From: Candidatus Caldifonticola tengchongensis
GTDB lineage: Bacteria; Sysuimicrobiota; Sysuimicrobiia; Sysuimicrobiales; Sysuimicrobiaceae
NCBI GenBank assembly: GCA_031432545.1
Contig: JAVKGX010000001.1
Coordinates: 390,411 to 454,410, forward strand
Length of the DNA: 64,000 bases
Reading direction: 5' to 3'
Part shown: positions 1-9,556 of the stretch, piece by piece
How the letters are laid out: each line of letters opens with the position of its first letter
Position numbering within the stretch: the first letter of the stretch is position 1
The notes under the pieces: generated by a model
Database searches by the model: none
Told to the model about the DNA's origin: nothing
What the model saw: only the letters and a program-made list of their open reading frames with translations
Position numbers and translations under genes: made by a program

Positions 1-1
1 G

Positions 2-295
2 AAGCTAGCGAAGGAGAAGGATCGTCTGGCCAACCTGCTGGACATCGCGCTGCTGTGGTACCGTGATCTGATCGTGTGGAAGGAGGCGGCGGACGACACC
101 CTGTTGGTGAACCTGGACCGCAAAGACGACATCGCCCAGCTCAGTTCCCAGATGGATCTGGCTGCTCTGCGCCGCCGCGTGGCGGCCATCGAGGAGGCCA
201 AGTCGGCCCTGCGCCGCAACGTCAACCCGCGGCTGGCGCTGGAGGCGATGTTCCTGCGCTTCGATCCCACCGGGGAGCCTGCAGGGCGCGCGTGA
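2..295 (+). CDS. holB: DNA polymerase III delta' subunit, C-terminal fragment (5' end outside window)
   Basis: Frame 2 is open from the window start. C-terminal motif ...NVNPRLALEAMFL is typical of delta' (HolB) C-termini. Stop at 293-295. Confidence 0.55.
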   Translation, partial: KLAKEKDRLANLLDIALLWYRDLIVWKEAADDTLLVNLDRKDDIAQLSSQMDLAALRRRVAAIEEAKSALRRNVNPRLALEAMFLRFDPTGEPAGRA

Positions 296-358
296 AACAC
301 GTGGAGGGGCAAGCGGACTGAGGATCGGGGTTGTCGCGATCCCGCTCCGCTTGACCCG

Positions 359-601
359 TCAACGTGCGACGTACGCGAACAGGGCCAACAGGAAGACTGC
401 GGCGCCGACGACCAGCCAGATCCAGAGGTACGATCGGGAGCGGACCTGGCCCGGTGGCCCGAACGGGCTTTCGGCACACGTCCGGCAGTAGTTCCCCGAC
501 GACAGTTTGACCACACAGTCGCTGCACAGCGCCTTTCCGCAGCGGCTGCAGTAGAACAGCGCGCCGCGATCGCGGTGGAACGCGCAGCGGATGGCGGTCA
601 T
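359..601 (-). CDS. small zinc-finger membrane protein (Cys-rich N-terminus, C-terminal TM helix)
   Basis: 80-aa product MTAIRCAFHRDRGALFYCSRCGKALCSDCV...YCRTCA followed by a hydrophobic tail. ATG at 599-601 overlaps the nfo stop by 4 nt (ATGA), which suggests translational coupling. The upstream part of the 154-aa track ORF is rejected because it is antisense to nfo. Confidence 0.5.
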   Translation of the reverse strand: MTAIRCAFHRDRGALFYCSRCGKALCSDCVVKLSSGNYCRTCAESPFGPPGQVRSRSYLWIWLVVGAAVFLLALFAYVAR

Positions 602-1467
602 GGGACTTCGGTCGGCGGCCGGAGTCTGTCCTGACCGCTTTTTCCCCGCAGCGTCTTGAGGACGTCCAGGTTCCGGCGATCGAGTCCTGCCCGGTCGAAG
701 CCGGGGGTCTCGATGATCGCGGGCAGCCCCTGCAGCCGGCTTTCGCGCACGATCGCCCGGAATCCCCTCAAGCCGATGGTTCCCTGTCCGATGTTCTCGT
801 GCCGGTCGAGCCGGCTGCCACACGGGGCCCGGGAGTCATTCAGGTGGAGTAGCCGCAGCCGCCCCAGCCCGATCGTCTGCTCGAACGCGTCGAGCATGCG
901 GCCGACGCCGGTCCGGGTGCGGATGTCCCACCCCGCCGCGAACAGGTGCGCGGTGTCCAGGCAGATCCCCACACGTGGGTGGCCGTCGACGGCGTCCAGC
1001 AACGCGCGCAGTTCGTCGAACGTGGCTCCTAGAGTCGCCCCGGCGCTGCCTTCCAGGAGGATCGCCACCCCCTCGCTGGCCCGCAGCGCACGCCGCACCG
1101 CCCACGCCACCCGCGCGACGGCGCGGGGGAAGGGAACGGCCGCGCTGCCGATGTGGGTCACCGCGCCGGCTCCCTCCAGGGCGGCGACCACGCGCAGCGT
1201 GTGCAGCAGCGAACGCGTCGACCGCTCGTGCAGCTCGCCGTCGGCGGCCAGGTTCACCAGATACGGCGTGTGGGCGAACAGCGGATCCAGGCTGGCCCCT
1301 GCCCGCTTGCGGCGAAACTCGGCGAGGTCGGATCGGTCGTAGACGACCGGTCGCCACTGGCGCGGGTTGCCCACGAAGATCTGCATGCACTCGCAACCGA
1401 TGGCGACGGCGCGATCCACCGCCCTGTGGATCCGGCCACGGATCGAAACGTGGGCACCGAACCGCAC
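598..1467 (-). CDS. nfo: deoxyribonuclease IV (endonuclease IV, AP endonuclease family 2)
   Basis: 289-aa product begins MRFGAHVSIRG...CMQIFVGNPRQW and contains LHLNDS / HENIGQG-type motifs characteristic of Nfo across its full length. Confidence 0.9.
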   Translation of the reverse strand: MRFGAHVSIRGRIHRAVDRAVAIGCECMQIFVGNPRQWRPVVYDRSDLAEFRRKRAGASLDPLFAHTPYLVNLAADGELHERSTRSLLHTLRVVAALEGAGAVTHIGSAAVPFPRAVARVAWAVRRALRASEGVAILLEGSAGATLGATFDELRALLDAVDGHPRVGICLDTAHLFAAGWDIRTRTGVGRMLDAFEQTIGLGRLRLLHLNDSRAPCGSRLDRHENIGQGTIGLRGFRAIVRESRLQGLPAIIETPGFDRAGLDRRNLDVLKTLRGKSGQDRLRPPTEVP

Positions 1468-1527
1468 GGGACTACTGTAGCATTGCGGCCGGCCGCAGGC
1501 CGCCGGAGGACCCGTTATGATGTTTCC

Positions 1528-2439
1528 ATGCCGCCCTCACCGATCACCCGCCGTCTGGTCGCCGATGCCTCTTTGCTCCTCGTAGCGGCCGTGTGGGGCG
1601 CTACGTTCCCCCTGGCCAAGGCGATCCTGCAGCACGTCCCTCCGTTCGCCTATCTGGGGGCGCGCTTTGCGCTCGCCGCCGCATTGCTCTTGCCGTTTGC
1701 GGCCGGTGCACTGCGGCGCGCCGGTGCGCCCGCGTGGAGGCGCGGCCTGTGGAGCGGCGCCGCGCTGGGTGGTGGGTACGCATTGCAGACGCTCGGGCTT
1801 CGGCTCACCACCGCCACCACGGCCGCCTTCATCACCGGGCTCAGCGTGGTGCTGGTGCCGGTGTTGGGCACCATGTGGGGGCGACGCCCCGGGCCGCGCG
1901 AGTGGACGGGTGTCGCACTGGCCGCCGCAGGGCTTGCGATGCTCACCCTGGACGGCGCGAGCTGGCCGGGGGTGGGCGAACTCCTGGTGCTCGGTTGCGC
2001 CGCCTGCTTCGCGCTGCACATCCTGCTGCTGGACCGTGCCTCGGCCCGGACACCGCCCCTTGCGCTCGGCGCGATGCAGATGCTGGCCGCGGCGGCCGTC
2101 TGCGGGCTGCTGGTCCCCACCGAGCCGTTGCCCTCCGCCGTGCCGGTCGAGATCTGGGGGGCGGTGGCGGGGATGGCGGTCGTCGCGAGCGCGGGGGCGT
2201 TCTCGATTCAGGCCTGGGCGCAGCGGTTCACGCCCCCCACGCACGTGGGGTTGGTCTTCGCGTCCGAGCCGGTCGCCGCGGCGCTGTTCGCGCGCTGGTG
2301 GCTGAGGGAAGTGCTGGATGGCGTGCAGTGGATCGGCGCCGCCCTGATCCTGGTCGGCATCGTGGTGGCGGAGATGAGGGCGCCGACCCGAGCCTGGACG
2401 GCGGCCGCCATCGACCGGCGGCTGTCGACCGCGGACTGA
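1528..2439 (+). CDS. EamA/DMT-family transporter
   Basis: About 10 TM helices with duplicated EamA-like halves. Start chosen at ATG 1528 (MPPSPITRR...), in frame with the 1153 track ORF. The upstream extension is antisense to nfo. Confidence 0.75.
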   Translation: MPPSPITRRLVADASLLLVAAVWGATFPLAKAILQHVPPFAYLGARFALAAALLLPFAAGALRRAGAPAWRRGLWSGAALGGGYALQTLGLRLTTATTAAFITGLSVVLVPVLGTMWGRRPGPREWTGVALAAAGLAMLTLDGASWPGVGELLVLGCAACFALHILLLDRASARTPPLALGAMQMLAAAAVCGLLVPTEPLPSAVPVEIWGAVAGMAVVASAGAFSIQAWAQRFTPPTHVGLVFASEPVAAALFARWWLREVLDGVQWIGAALILVGIVVAEMRAPTRAWTAAAIDRRLSTAD

Positions 2440-2461
2440 CCTTGGCAACCGAGGGGTAGCA

Positions 2462-3634
2462 ATGGGGCGCGCTGCGGGCTTCAACACGCTGGCGGTGCAC
2501 GCGGGAACGAACCCCGACCCGCTCGGGTCGGTGGTGCCGCCGATCTACCAGACGTCAACGTTCGCCTTCGGCACCGTCGCCGAAGGGGCCAGGCGGGCCC
2601 AGGAGGCCTCCCCGGCCTTCTACACGCGCTGGGCGAACCCGACCGTCCGCGTGGCCGAGGAGCGGATCGCAGCGCTCGAAGGCGGCGAGGCGTGCCTGCT
2701 GACCGCGTCGGGGATGGCCGCGATCAGCCACGCCGTGCTGGCGGTGGTGCGCAGCGGAGACCACATCGTCTCCGCCGACGCGGTCTATTCCGCGACGTTC
2801 GAGCTGTTCCACACGATGCTGCCGGCCTACGGGATCGAGACGACGTTCGTGGACCCGCAAGACCCGGATCGCTTTGCACGGGCCATTCGTCCGAACACGC
2901 GGCTTGTCTACATCGAGACTCCGGCCAATCCGGTGATGAAGGTCACGGACATCGCCGCCGTCGCCGCCATCGCGCGCGAGGCAGGCGCGTTTGCGATCGC
3001 GGACAACACGTTCGCCAGCCCCTACAACACCCGCCCGCTTGCGCTCGGCGCCGACGCGGTGGTGCACAGCGCCACGAAGTACCTGGGCGGGCACCACCAC
3101 CTGGTGGCGGGAGCAGTCGTCGGCACGCGGCGGTTCGTGCAGGCCTGCTGGGACCGACTGCGCATCTACGGCGGCTCCGCCGATCCCTTCGCCGCATGGT
3201 TGCTGCTGACCGGCGTGCAGACCCTGGGCTTGCGGATGGAGCGTCAGAACCAAAGCGCGATAAGCATCGCCCGCTTCCTCGCCGGACACCCGCGGGTCGA
3301 ACGCGTCTTCTACCCCGGGTTGGCAGATCACCCCAACCACGAGGTCGCCGCGCGGCAGATGCGTGGCTTCGGGGGAATGCTGGCGTTCGAGGTCCGCGGC
3401 GGCGTCCAAGCGGGCGCGCGGCTGGTCGAGCGCCTCCGGGTGATGAAGCTGGCGGTCAGCCTGGGCGGGGTGCACTCCCTGGTCACCCACGCCGCATCGA
3501 CGACGCACCTCCACGTGCCCCGCGAGGAGCGGATCCGGGCCGGGATCACCGACGGCCTGATCCGGGTTTCCGTGGGCATCGAGGACGTCGAGGATCTGCT
3601 GGAGGACCTGGAGCAGGCCCTGGGTGCCGGCTAG
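2462..3634 (+). CDS. PLP-dependent trans-sulfuration enzyme (cystathionine gamma-synthase / methionine gamma-lyase family)
   Basis: 390 aa with a Cys/Met-metabolism PLP fold and SATKYLGGH lysine motif. N-terminal ...NTLAVHAG... is typical of the family. Confidence 0.9.
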   Translation: MGRAAGFNTLAVHAGTNPDPLGSVVPPIYQTSTFAFGTVAEGARRAQEASPAFYTRWANPTVRVAEERIAALEGGEACLLTASGMAAISHAVLAVVRSGDHIVSADAVYSATFELFHTMLPAYGIETTFVDPQDPDRFARAIRPNTRLVYIETPANPVMKVTDIAAVAAIAREAGAFAIADNTFASPYNTRPLALGADAVVHSATKYLGGHHHLVAGAVVGTRRFVQACWDRLRIYGGSADPFAAWLLLTGVQTLGLRMERQNQSAISIARFLAGHPRVERVFYPGLADHPNHEVAARQMRGFGGMLAFEVRGGVQAGARLVERLRVMKLAVSLGGVHSLVTHAASTTHLHVPREERIRAGITDGLIRVSVGIEDVEDLLEDLEQALGAG

Positions 3635-3700
3635 GACGGGTCCGGATCCGACCGTACGCTTCGCCGCAGGCCCTTCGAGGTCCGTCCGGGTATCATCGCA

Positions 3701-4201
3701 GTGAGGCCCGTTCGTCCGGAGCCGACACCGGTGCGGCACCTTCCACAGCCACTCGTCGATCCCGAACTGGCCGCCGTGCTGGCGAACACGAAGATCCTCG
3801 TGGAACCCGAGCCGCTGGCGGTCGTCAGCCTGCCGCTGTCCGAAGCGCAGGCCGTCCAGCGGCGCGCCGATCGTTTCCACTCGCCGTTCTGTCTTGCTTT
3901 CTCGCCGGACGAGGTGTCGCTCGTGTGCCGCGAGGTGGAGTGGGACCAGGCGGGCCGGGGGCTGCGTCCGACGCGGGTGGAGCGCGACTACCGCATGATC
4001 ACCCTCGACGCCGTCTTGGACGCATCGGTCATCGGCTACCTCTCGGTCGTCACCGAACGGCTCGCACGGGCCGGCATCCCCGTCTGCGTCGTCTCCACCT
4101 TCCACCGCGACCACCTGCTGGTGCGGGCGGCGGACGCGGACGCCGCACAGGCCGTCCTGCAGGCACTGATCGCCGAGTGCCGCAAGCGGGCGGGCAGCTA
4201 G
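3701..4201 (+). CDS. ACT-domain-containing hypothetical protein
   Basis: 166-aa ORF (GTG start) with ACT-like beta-alpha-beta-beta-alpha pattern near the C-terminus (VCVVSTFHRDHLLVRAADAD). Family assignment is tentative. Confidence 0.45.
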   Translation: MRPVRPEPTPVRHLPQPLVDPELAAVLANTKILVEPEPLAVVSLPLSEAQAVQRRADRFHSPFCLAFSPDEVSLVCREVEWDQAGRGLRPTRVERDYRMITLDAVLDASVIGYLSVVTERLARAGIPVCVVSTFHRDHLLVRAADADAAQAVLQALIAECRKRAGS

Positions 4202-4401
4202 CATTTGGGACTGTCGGTTCGATCCGGCACCCGGTGTGCGACGCGGGACGGGAATGCCGGGGTTGATCGCCCGTGTTTGGAGAAGTAGCAGAACGCCTGG
4301 TGCGCGAAGGGCGACTCCGGACCTGGCCCTGTCGTGCGTGCCGATCGTTCATCCGGTGGTGCGGGCGGTGGGGTCTGGCGTCTGAGACTGAGGAGGCAAC
4401 C

Positions 4402-5589
4402 ATGCCGCATCATCCATACCTGATCGTCGGCGGCGGGATGACCGCCGACGCTGCGGTCCGGGGGATCCGCGAGCTCGACCCAGACGGTGAGATCGGGATC
4501 CTGTCCGCAGAAGCGCACCCCCCTTACAATCGGCCGCCGCTGTCCAAGGGCCTGTGGAAAGGACAGCCCCTGGAGAAGATCTGGCGCAACACCGAGCAGC
4601 GAGGCGTCCGGCTGTACCTGGGGAGGGTCGCCCGCGAACTCGATCTGTCCACCAAGCACGTCACCGACGATCGGGGCGAGGCGCACACCTTCGACCGGCT
4701 GCTGCTCGCCACCGGCGGCTCTCCGCGCCGCCTGCCGTCGGGCGACGGCGTCGTCTACTTCCGCACGCTGGACGACTATTTGTACCTGCGCCGGCTCACC
4801 GTGCGCCGGCGCCGGTTTGCGGTCATCGGAGGGGGTTTCATCGGGTCGGAAATCGCCGCCGCGCTGGCAACCAACGGCGCCGAAGTCACGATGGTGTTCC
4901 CGGAGGAAGGGATCGGCCGCCGCCTGTTCCCCTCCGGACTGGCACGCTTCCTCAACGAGTACTACCGCGAGCGGGGCATCGAGGTGGTCAGCGGCGAGGG
5001 CGCTGCGGACATCGAGCGCAGCACACGGGGGTTCGTCGTTCGGACGGACGCGGGGCGGTCGCTCGCTGCTGATGCGGTCATCGCGGGCATCGGCATCCGC
5101 CCCAACACCGATCTCGCCTCGGGTGCGGGGATCGACGCGGAGGACGGGATCCTGGTCGATGTGCACCTGCGCGCCGGCCATCCGGATGTCTTCGCCGCCG
5201 GAGATGTGGCGCGCTTCATCCAACCGGATCTGGGGACGCGCATGCGCGTGGAGCACGAGGACAATGCGAACACGCAGGGCACGACGGCGGGACGGAATAT
5301 GGCGGGCGCCGGCGAGCCGTACGTGCACCTGCCCTTCTTCTACTCCGATCTGTTCGACGTGGGCTACGAGGCCGTGGGCGAGGTAGATGCGCGGCTGCAG
5401 ACGGTGGAGGACTGGAAGGAGCCATACCGGGAGGGTGTCGTCTACTACCTACGCGACGGCCGCGTGCGCGGCGTGCTGCTGTGGAACGTCTGGGGACAGG
5501 TCGATGCGGCGCGCGCCCTGATCGCCGATCCAGGTCCCTTCGGCGCCGCGGACCTGACGGGGCGCCTGCCGTCCTTCACATCTCCTTGA
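4402..5589 (+). CDS. FAD/NAD(P)-dependent pyridine nucleotide-disulfide family oxidoreductase (ferredoxin-reductase/AIF-like)
   Basis: ATG 4402 preceded by GAGGAGG. N-terminal GGGMTA dinucleotide-binding motif, second GGGFIG motif, GD motif. 395 aa. Confidence 0.85.
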   Translation: MPHHPYLIVGGGMTADAAVRGIRELDPDGEIGILSAEAHPPYNRPPLSKGLWKGQPLEKIWRNTEQRGVRLYLGRVARELDLSTKHVTDDRGEAHTFDRLLLATGGSPRRLPSGDGVVYFRTLDDYLYLRRLTVRRRRFAVIGGGFIGSEIAAALATNGAEVTMVFPEEGIGRRLFPSGLARFLNEYYRERGIEVVSGEGAADIERSTRGFVVRTDAGRSLAADAVIAGIGIRPNTDLASGAGIDAEDGILVDVHLRAGHPDVFAAGDVARFIQPDLGTRMRVEHEDNANTQGTTAGRNMAGAGEPYVHLPFFYSDLFDVGYEAVGEVDARLQTVEDWKEPYREGVVYYLRDGRVRGVLLWNVWGQVDAARALIADPGPFGAADLTGRLPSFTSP

Positions 5590-5695
5590 AGGACCTGGGC
5601 GATGGTGACCTTTGGATCGCACCTGTGCACATCACGGTGGGGGGCAGACGATTCAAAGCGTGCAGCACCGTGAGCCAAGAGCGGGAGGTGCGGAC

Positions 5696-6055
5696 ATGGG
5701 AAGACTCGGCGCAGCGATGATCCTCGCCGTCGGCGCGGCGCTGGTCGCGGCAGCGGTGGCCTCGGGGCACCACGGCTGGTCCTCCTACGACGACAGCCGG
5801 GAGGTGGCGTTGACGGGCCGGATCCGATCGTCCTCGTACGAACACCCACACGTGACCGTGCAGTTGGAGACCGAGCAGCGCATCTGGACGGTGATCCTAC
5901 CTCCGCCGACCCGTGCCCGGGCCATGGGGCTCACCGCGGAGTTGCTGGGTGAGGGCTCGGTGGTGAGGGTGGCCGGTTACGTGCACCGCAGCGTGCCCGA
6001 CGAGATGCGTGCGCTGCGGATCGCGATCGGCGAGCGCGTGTTCCGTCTGCGATGA
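5696..6055 (+). CDS. secreted hypothetical protein, DUF6152-like
   Basis: ATG 5696 after GGGAGGTG RBS. Signal peptide then HHGWSSYD ... EHPHVTV motifs. Confidence 0.55.
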   Translation: MGRLGAAMILAVGAALVAAAVASGHHGWSSYDDSREVALTGRIRSSSYEHPHVTVQLETEQRIWTVILPPPTRARAMGLTAELLGEGSVVRVAGYVHRSVPDEMRALRIAIGERVFRLR

Positions 6056-6546
6056 TCCACGAGGGGGCTCCGGCGTGGGCGGTGTGGCTGGAGGCTACGC
6101 CGCCCGCGCTGTGGATGCGCCAGGCGCTGTGGGCGTATCCGGTTGCGGAGATCGTGCACATTACCGGCATCGCGGTGCTGGTGGGTTCGGTCGCGATGTG
6201 GGACCTGCGGCTGCTGGGGCTCTCGCGCGGGCTGCCGGTCTCTCAGATGGCCCGGCACCTGCTGCCCTGGGCGTGGGGCGGGTTCGCGGTCGTGGGCGCC
6301 AGCGGCGTGACGATGTTCGTCGCGCACCCCACGGAGTGGTCGACCAACCCGGTATTCCCCGTGAAGATGGGACTCATCGGCGTGGCCTGGGTGAATCAGT
6401 TCGTCTTTCATCGGACCGTGTTCCGCTCCGTGGCGCAGTGGGACCGCGACGTCCCCACGCCGCGCCCGGCGAGGATTGCCGGTGCGACGTCGCTGGCCGT
6501 TTGGGTATCGGTGATCGCCTGTGGGCGGCTGCTGGCCTATCTGTGA
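6052..6546 (+). CDS. integral membrane hypothetical protein, DUF6644-like
   Basis: 164 aa with 4 predicted TM helices. Start ATGA-overlaps the stop of the preceding secreted protein, which suggests a coupled pair. Confidence 0.55.
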   Translation: MIHEGAPAWAVWLEATPPALWMRQALWAYPVAEIVHITGIAVLVGSVAMWDLRLLGLSRGLPVSQMARHLLPWAWGGFAVVGASGVTMFVAHPTEWSTNPVFPVKMGLIGVAWVNQFVFHRTVFRSVAQWDRDVPTPRPARIAGATSLAVWVSVIACGRLLAYL

Positions 6547-6571
6547 GAGGTCCGGCGTGACGAGGCGGGTG

Positions 6572-7552
6572 ATGCACACCGGGTTGCGCGTGACGGCGCT
6601 GGCGGTTGCCGTGGCCCTTGCGCTGCCGGCGGCAGCGCAGACTGCGTCGTTCGACCCGGCGGCGATCTATGCGCGTGCCGCTCCGGCCGTCGCGGTCGTG
6701 CGCACAGTGCACGACGGTCGCACGGGCGTGGGCACCGCGTTCGCGATCTCGCCCGACGGCCATCTGCTCACCGCGGCGCACGTGGCGCGCCGCGCCGACC
6801 GCATCACCGTCACCTCTCCCGGCGGCCGACCGCAGGCGGCGCGGCTGGTGGGATACGACGCGCGCCGCGACCTGGCGGTTCTGGGCGTCGAGGCGGACAG
6901 GCCGGTTCCCCATCTGCGGGTCAGCGACGAGCACGTACGGGTCGGCGACCCGGTGGCGGTGATCGGCACGCCCCGCGGGCGACCGGGTGTGATGACCGTC
7001 GGCGAAGTTCTCGATACGGACACGACGCTTCCGGGCCTGGTGCCCGGCATCCTGGTGCGCTTCAGCGCGCCGGTCGCGCCGGGCAGCTCGGGCGGTCCGG
7101 TGCTGAACGCGCGGGCCGAGGCGATCGGCGTGGTGGTGGCGGCCTCCACGCGGCCCGGGGCGACCGGCGGCCTGGCGGTGTCCGGCCCGACGATCTCCGC
7201 GTCGCTGCCGTCTCTGCTGGAGGGCGCACGGACCGAGCGGGCGTGGATCGGGATCGTGGGTACCTCGGTCACGCCCGAGCTGGCCGCCGAACGGGGCCTA
7301 CCCGTCACGCGGGGCGTCCTCGTCGTCGAGGTGGTGCCGGGCAGCCCAGCCTTCCGGGCCGGGCTGCGGGGAGGGGCGGACAACGGTGCAGGCGGAGACG
7401 TCCTCACCGCGCTGGACGAGGCCCCGCTCGGCGGCATGGAGGATCTGCTGCGGGCAGTCGGGGAACGTGTGCCGGGCCAGCGCGTCCGTCTGCGCGTGAT
7501 TCGGGGCGAGCGGGTCCTCAACGTGGAGCTCGTCTTGGGGATACGGCCGTGA
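6572..7552 (+). CDS. HtrA/DegP-family trypsin-like serine protease with C-terminal PDZ domain
   Basis: Signal peptide, then GTAFAISPDGHLLTAAHV (His), DLAVL (Asp), GSSGGPV (Ser) catalytic motifs and a PDZ-like C-terminus. ATG 6572 chosen within the 6521 track ORF. Confidence 0.85.
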   Translation: MHTGLRVTALAVAVALALPAAAQTASFDPAAIYARAAPAVAVVRTVHDGRTGVGTAFAISPDGHLLTAAHVARRADRITVTSPGGRPQAARLVGYDARRDLAVLGVEADRPVPHLRVSDEHVRVGDPVAVIGTPRGRPGVMTVGEVLDTDTTLPGLVPGILVRFSAPVAPGSSGGPVLNARAEAIGVVVAASTRPGATGGLAVSGPTISASLPSLLEGARTERAWIGIVGTSVTPELAAERGLPVTRGVLVVEVVPGSPAFRAGLRGGADNGAGGDVLTALDEAPLGGMEDLLRAVGERVPGQRVRLRVIRGERVLNVELVLGIRP

Positions 7553-7587
7553 CGGAGCGATCGGCGGGCGCCAGAAACCGCGCCGCG

Positions 7588-8274
7588 ATGGTGCTGGTCG
7601 TCGAGGACGAGCCGGAGATCGGACGTCTGCTGCGCTCGTACCTCGAGCGGGACGGTTACGCGGTTGTGCTGACGGGCGACGGTGAGACGGCGATCCGGGA
7701 GTTCGACAGCCGTCAGCCGGACCTGATCGTGCTCGACCTGATGCTGCCCGGCATCGACGGGTACGAGGTGTGCCGGCGCGTGCGGGGCGTCTCGCGGGTG
7801 CCGATCATCATGCTGACGGCGCGTGACGAGGTGGAGGACAAGGTCGCAGGACTGGAGCTGGGAGCCGACGACTACGTCACCAAGCCTTTCAGTCCGCGCG
7901 AGGTGGTGGCCAGGGTCCGCGCCGTCCTGCGGCGCAACCGCTGGGGCGGCCGCGAGGAGCTGCGCATGGGTGACCTGCACGTCGACTTTCGCTCGCAGGA
8001 AGTGACGCACCGCGGGCGGCCGGTGTCGCTGACGCCCACGGAGTGGCGCCTGCTCGAAGCATTGGCATCGCAGCCCGGCCATGTGTTCACGCGACTGCAG
8101 CTCATCGACCGCGTCTACGGGTATTCGTTCGAGGGTTTCGAGCGCACGGTCGACGTCCACGTCAAGAACTTGCGCCAAAAGATCGAGCCGGACCCAAAGG
8201 AACCGAGGTACGTGCTCACGGTGTACGGGGTGGGATACAAGTTCGCGAGGGAGCCAGATGGGGCCCACGGCTAA
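7588..8274 (+). CDS. OmpR-family two-component response regulator
   Basis: MVLVVEDEPEIG receiver start, phospho-acceptor D in LIVLDLMLPG, winged-helix C-terminus (YGVGYKF). An alternative GTG start at 7549 overlaps the htrA stop. Confidence 0.85.
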   Translation: MVLVVEDEPEIGRLLRSYLERDGYAVVLTGDGETAIREFDSRQPDLIVLDLMLPGIDGYEVCRRVRGVSRVPIIMLTARDEVEDKVAGLELGADDYVTKPFSPREVVARVRAVLRRNRWGGREELRMGDLHVDFRSQEVTHRGRPVSLTPTEWRLLEALASQPGHVFTRLQLIDRVYGYSFEGFERTVDVHVKNLRQKIEPDPKEPRYVLTVYGVGYKFAREPDGAHG

Positions 8275-9457
8275 AGAGGCACGGCGCATCGGGTTGCGGG
8301 CGCAGTTGACGCTGGCCTTCGCGATCATCGCGATCGCGTCGGTCGGTCTGGTGGCGGCCTGGGCCCAGTACACGACGGCGCAGCAGTTCGGAGCGTACAT
8401 GGAGCGGGTGCGCCGTGGCGAGGTGACGTGGATCGCCGAGCAGCCGCCGCACGTCCGGGAGCTGTTCCTGCAGGGCATGCGCCCGGCGACGAAGTTGTTC
8501 CGGCTGTCGCAACGCAAGTTCCTCAAGGCGTTCAATCAGTCGCTGTGGCTGGGCGGTGCGACCGCGGCCGGGCTCGCCGTCGCGGTGGCGCTCGTGGTGG
8601 CCGGTCGGCTGTCGCGGCCGCTGGCGGAGTTGCAGCGGGCGGCCCGCGGCATCGCGTCGGGCAACCTCGACCAGGTGGTACGACCCGCCGGCGGCGAGAT
8701 CGGAGACGTCGCGGAGGCGTTCAACGCGATGGCCGCGCGGCTGCGCGCCAACGAGAGGATGCGGCAGGAACTGCTCGCGGCGGTCGCCCACGAGCTGCGC
8801 ACGCCGCTTTCGATCATCCAGGCCAACCTGGAGTCGTTCCTCGACGGGGTGTCCGAGCCTACGCCGGAACGCATCGCCGCGCTCCACACGCAAAGCGCTC
8901 TGCTGAGCCGGCTCATCACCGACCTGCGGGACCTGAGCCTGGCGGAGGCCGGTCAGTTGGCCCTGCGGCGCGCCCCGACCGATGTCGCGGCCCTGTGCCG
9001 GGAGTCGGTCGAGGTCCTCCAGCCGTGGATCGAAGAACGGGGCGTCGCCGTCGAGGTCTCCTCGCAAGGTGACACGGTGGTCGACGTAGATGCCGACCGG
9101 ATCCGACAGGTGATCCAGAACCTGCTGCACAACGCCGTCCGCTTCACGCCGTCGGGGGGCACCGTCGCCGTCCGTGCGACCTCGCGGTCGGATGGCGACG
9201 TCGAGGTCGTCGTCGACGACGGGGGGCCTGGCATCCCGCACGACGAACTCCCGCGCATCTTCGAGCCCTTCCATCGCGCGGACCCGTCTCGGTCGCGCGC
9301 GAGCGGCGGCAGCGGGCTGGGACTGGCGGTCGTCCGACACCTCGTCCACGCGCATGGCGGAACCGTACGCGCTCACAACCGGCCCGAGGTGGGCGCGCGG
9401 TTTGTTCTGACCCTGCCCCGCCGAGGTCCGGCCCACCGCACGGCCTCGGGTCGATAG
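8258..9457 (+). CDS. sensor histidine kinase (TM-HAMP-HisKA-HATPase)
   Basis: ATG 8258 overlaps the regulator's 3' end by 17 nt. Two TM segments, HAMP, H-box AVAHELRTPL, N/G boxes (GGSGLGLAVV). The long N-terminal extension of the track ORF is rejected. Confidence 0.85.
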   Translation: MGPTAKEARRIGLRAQLTLAFAIIAIASVGLVAAWAQYTTAQQFGAYMERVRRGEVTWIAEQPPHVRELFLQGMRPATKLFRLSQRKFLKAFNQSLWLGGATAAGLAVAVALVVAGRLSRPLAELQRAARGIASGNLDQVVRPAGGEIGDVAEAFNAMAARLRANERMRQELLAAVAHELRTPLSIIQANLESFLDGVSEPTPERIAALHTQSALLSRLITDLRDLSLAEAGQLALRRAPTDVAALCRESVEVLQPWIEERGVAVEVSSQGDTVVDVDADRIRQVIQNLLHNAVRFTPSGGTVAVRATSRSDGDVEVVVDDGGPGIPHDELPRIFEPFHRADPSRSRASGGSGLGLAVVRHLVHAHGGTVRAHNRPEVGARFVLTLPRRGPAHRTASGR

Positions 9458-9556
9458 CCGTCCGGGGCGCGGGCATGCCTGCCGTCTGCGGGTTGACACA
9501 CCCGCCGGCGTCCCCTATTGTCACAGTACAAGTAGGACAAACACCCGGAGCCCGGC

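Noticed and set aside
2555-4204. 549-aa minus-strand ORF
   Set aside because: Antisense to the PLP trans-sulfuration enzyme and ACT-domain genes. Arg/Gly/Pro-rich composition typical of GC-driven shadow ORFs. No family resemblance.
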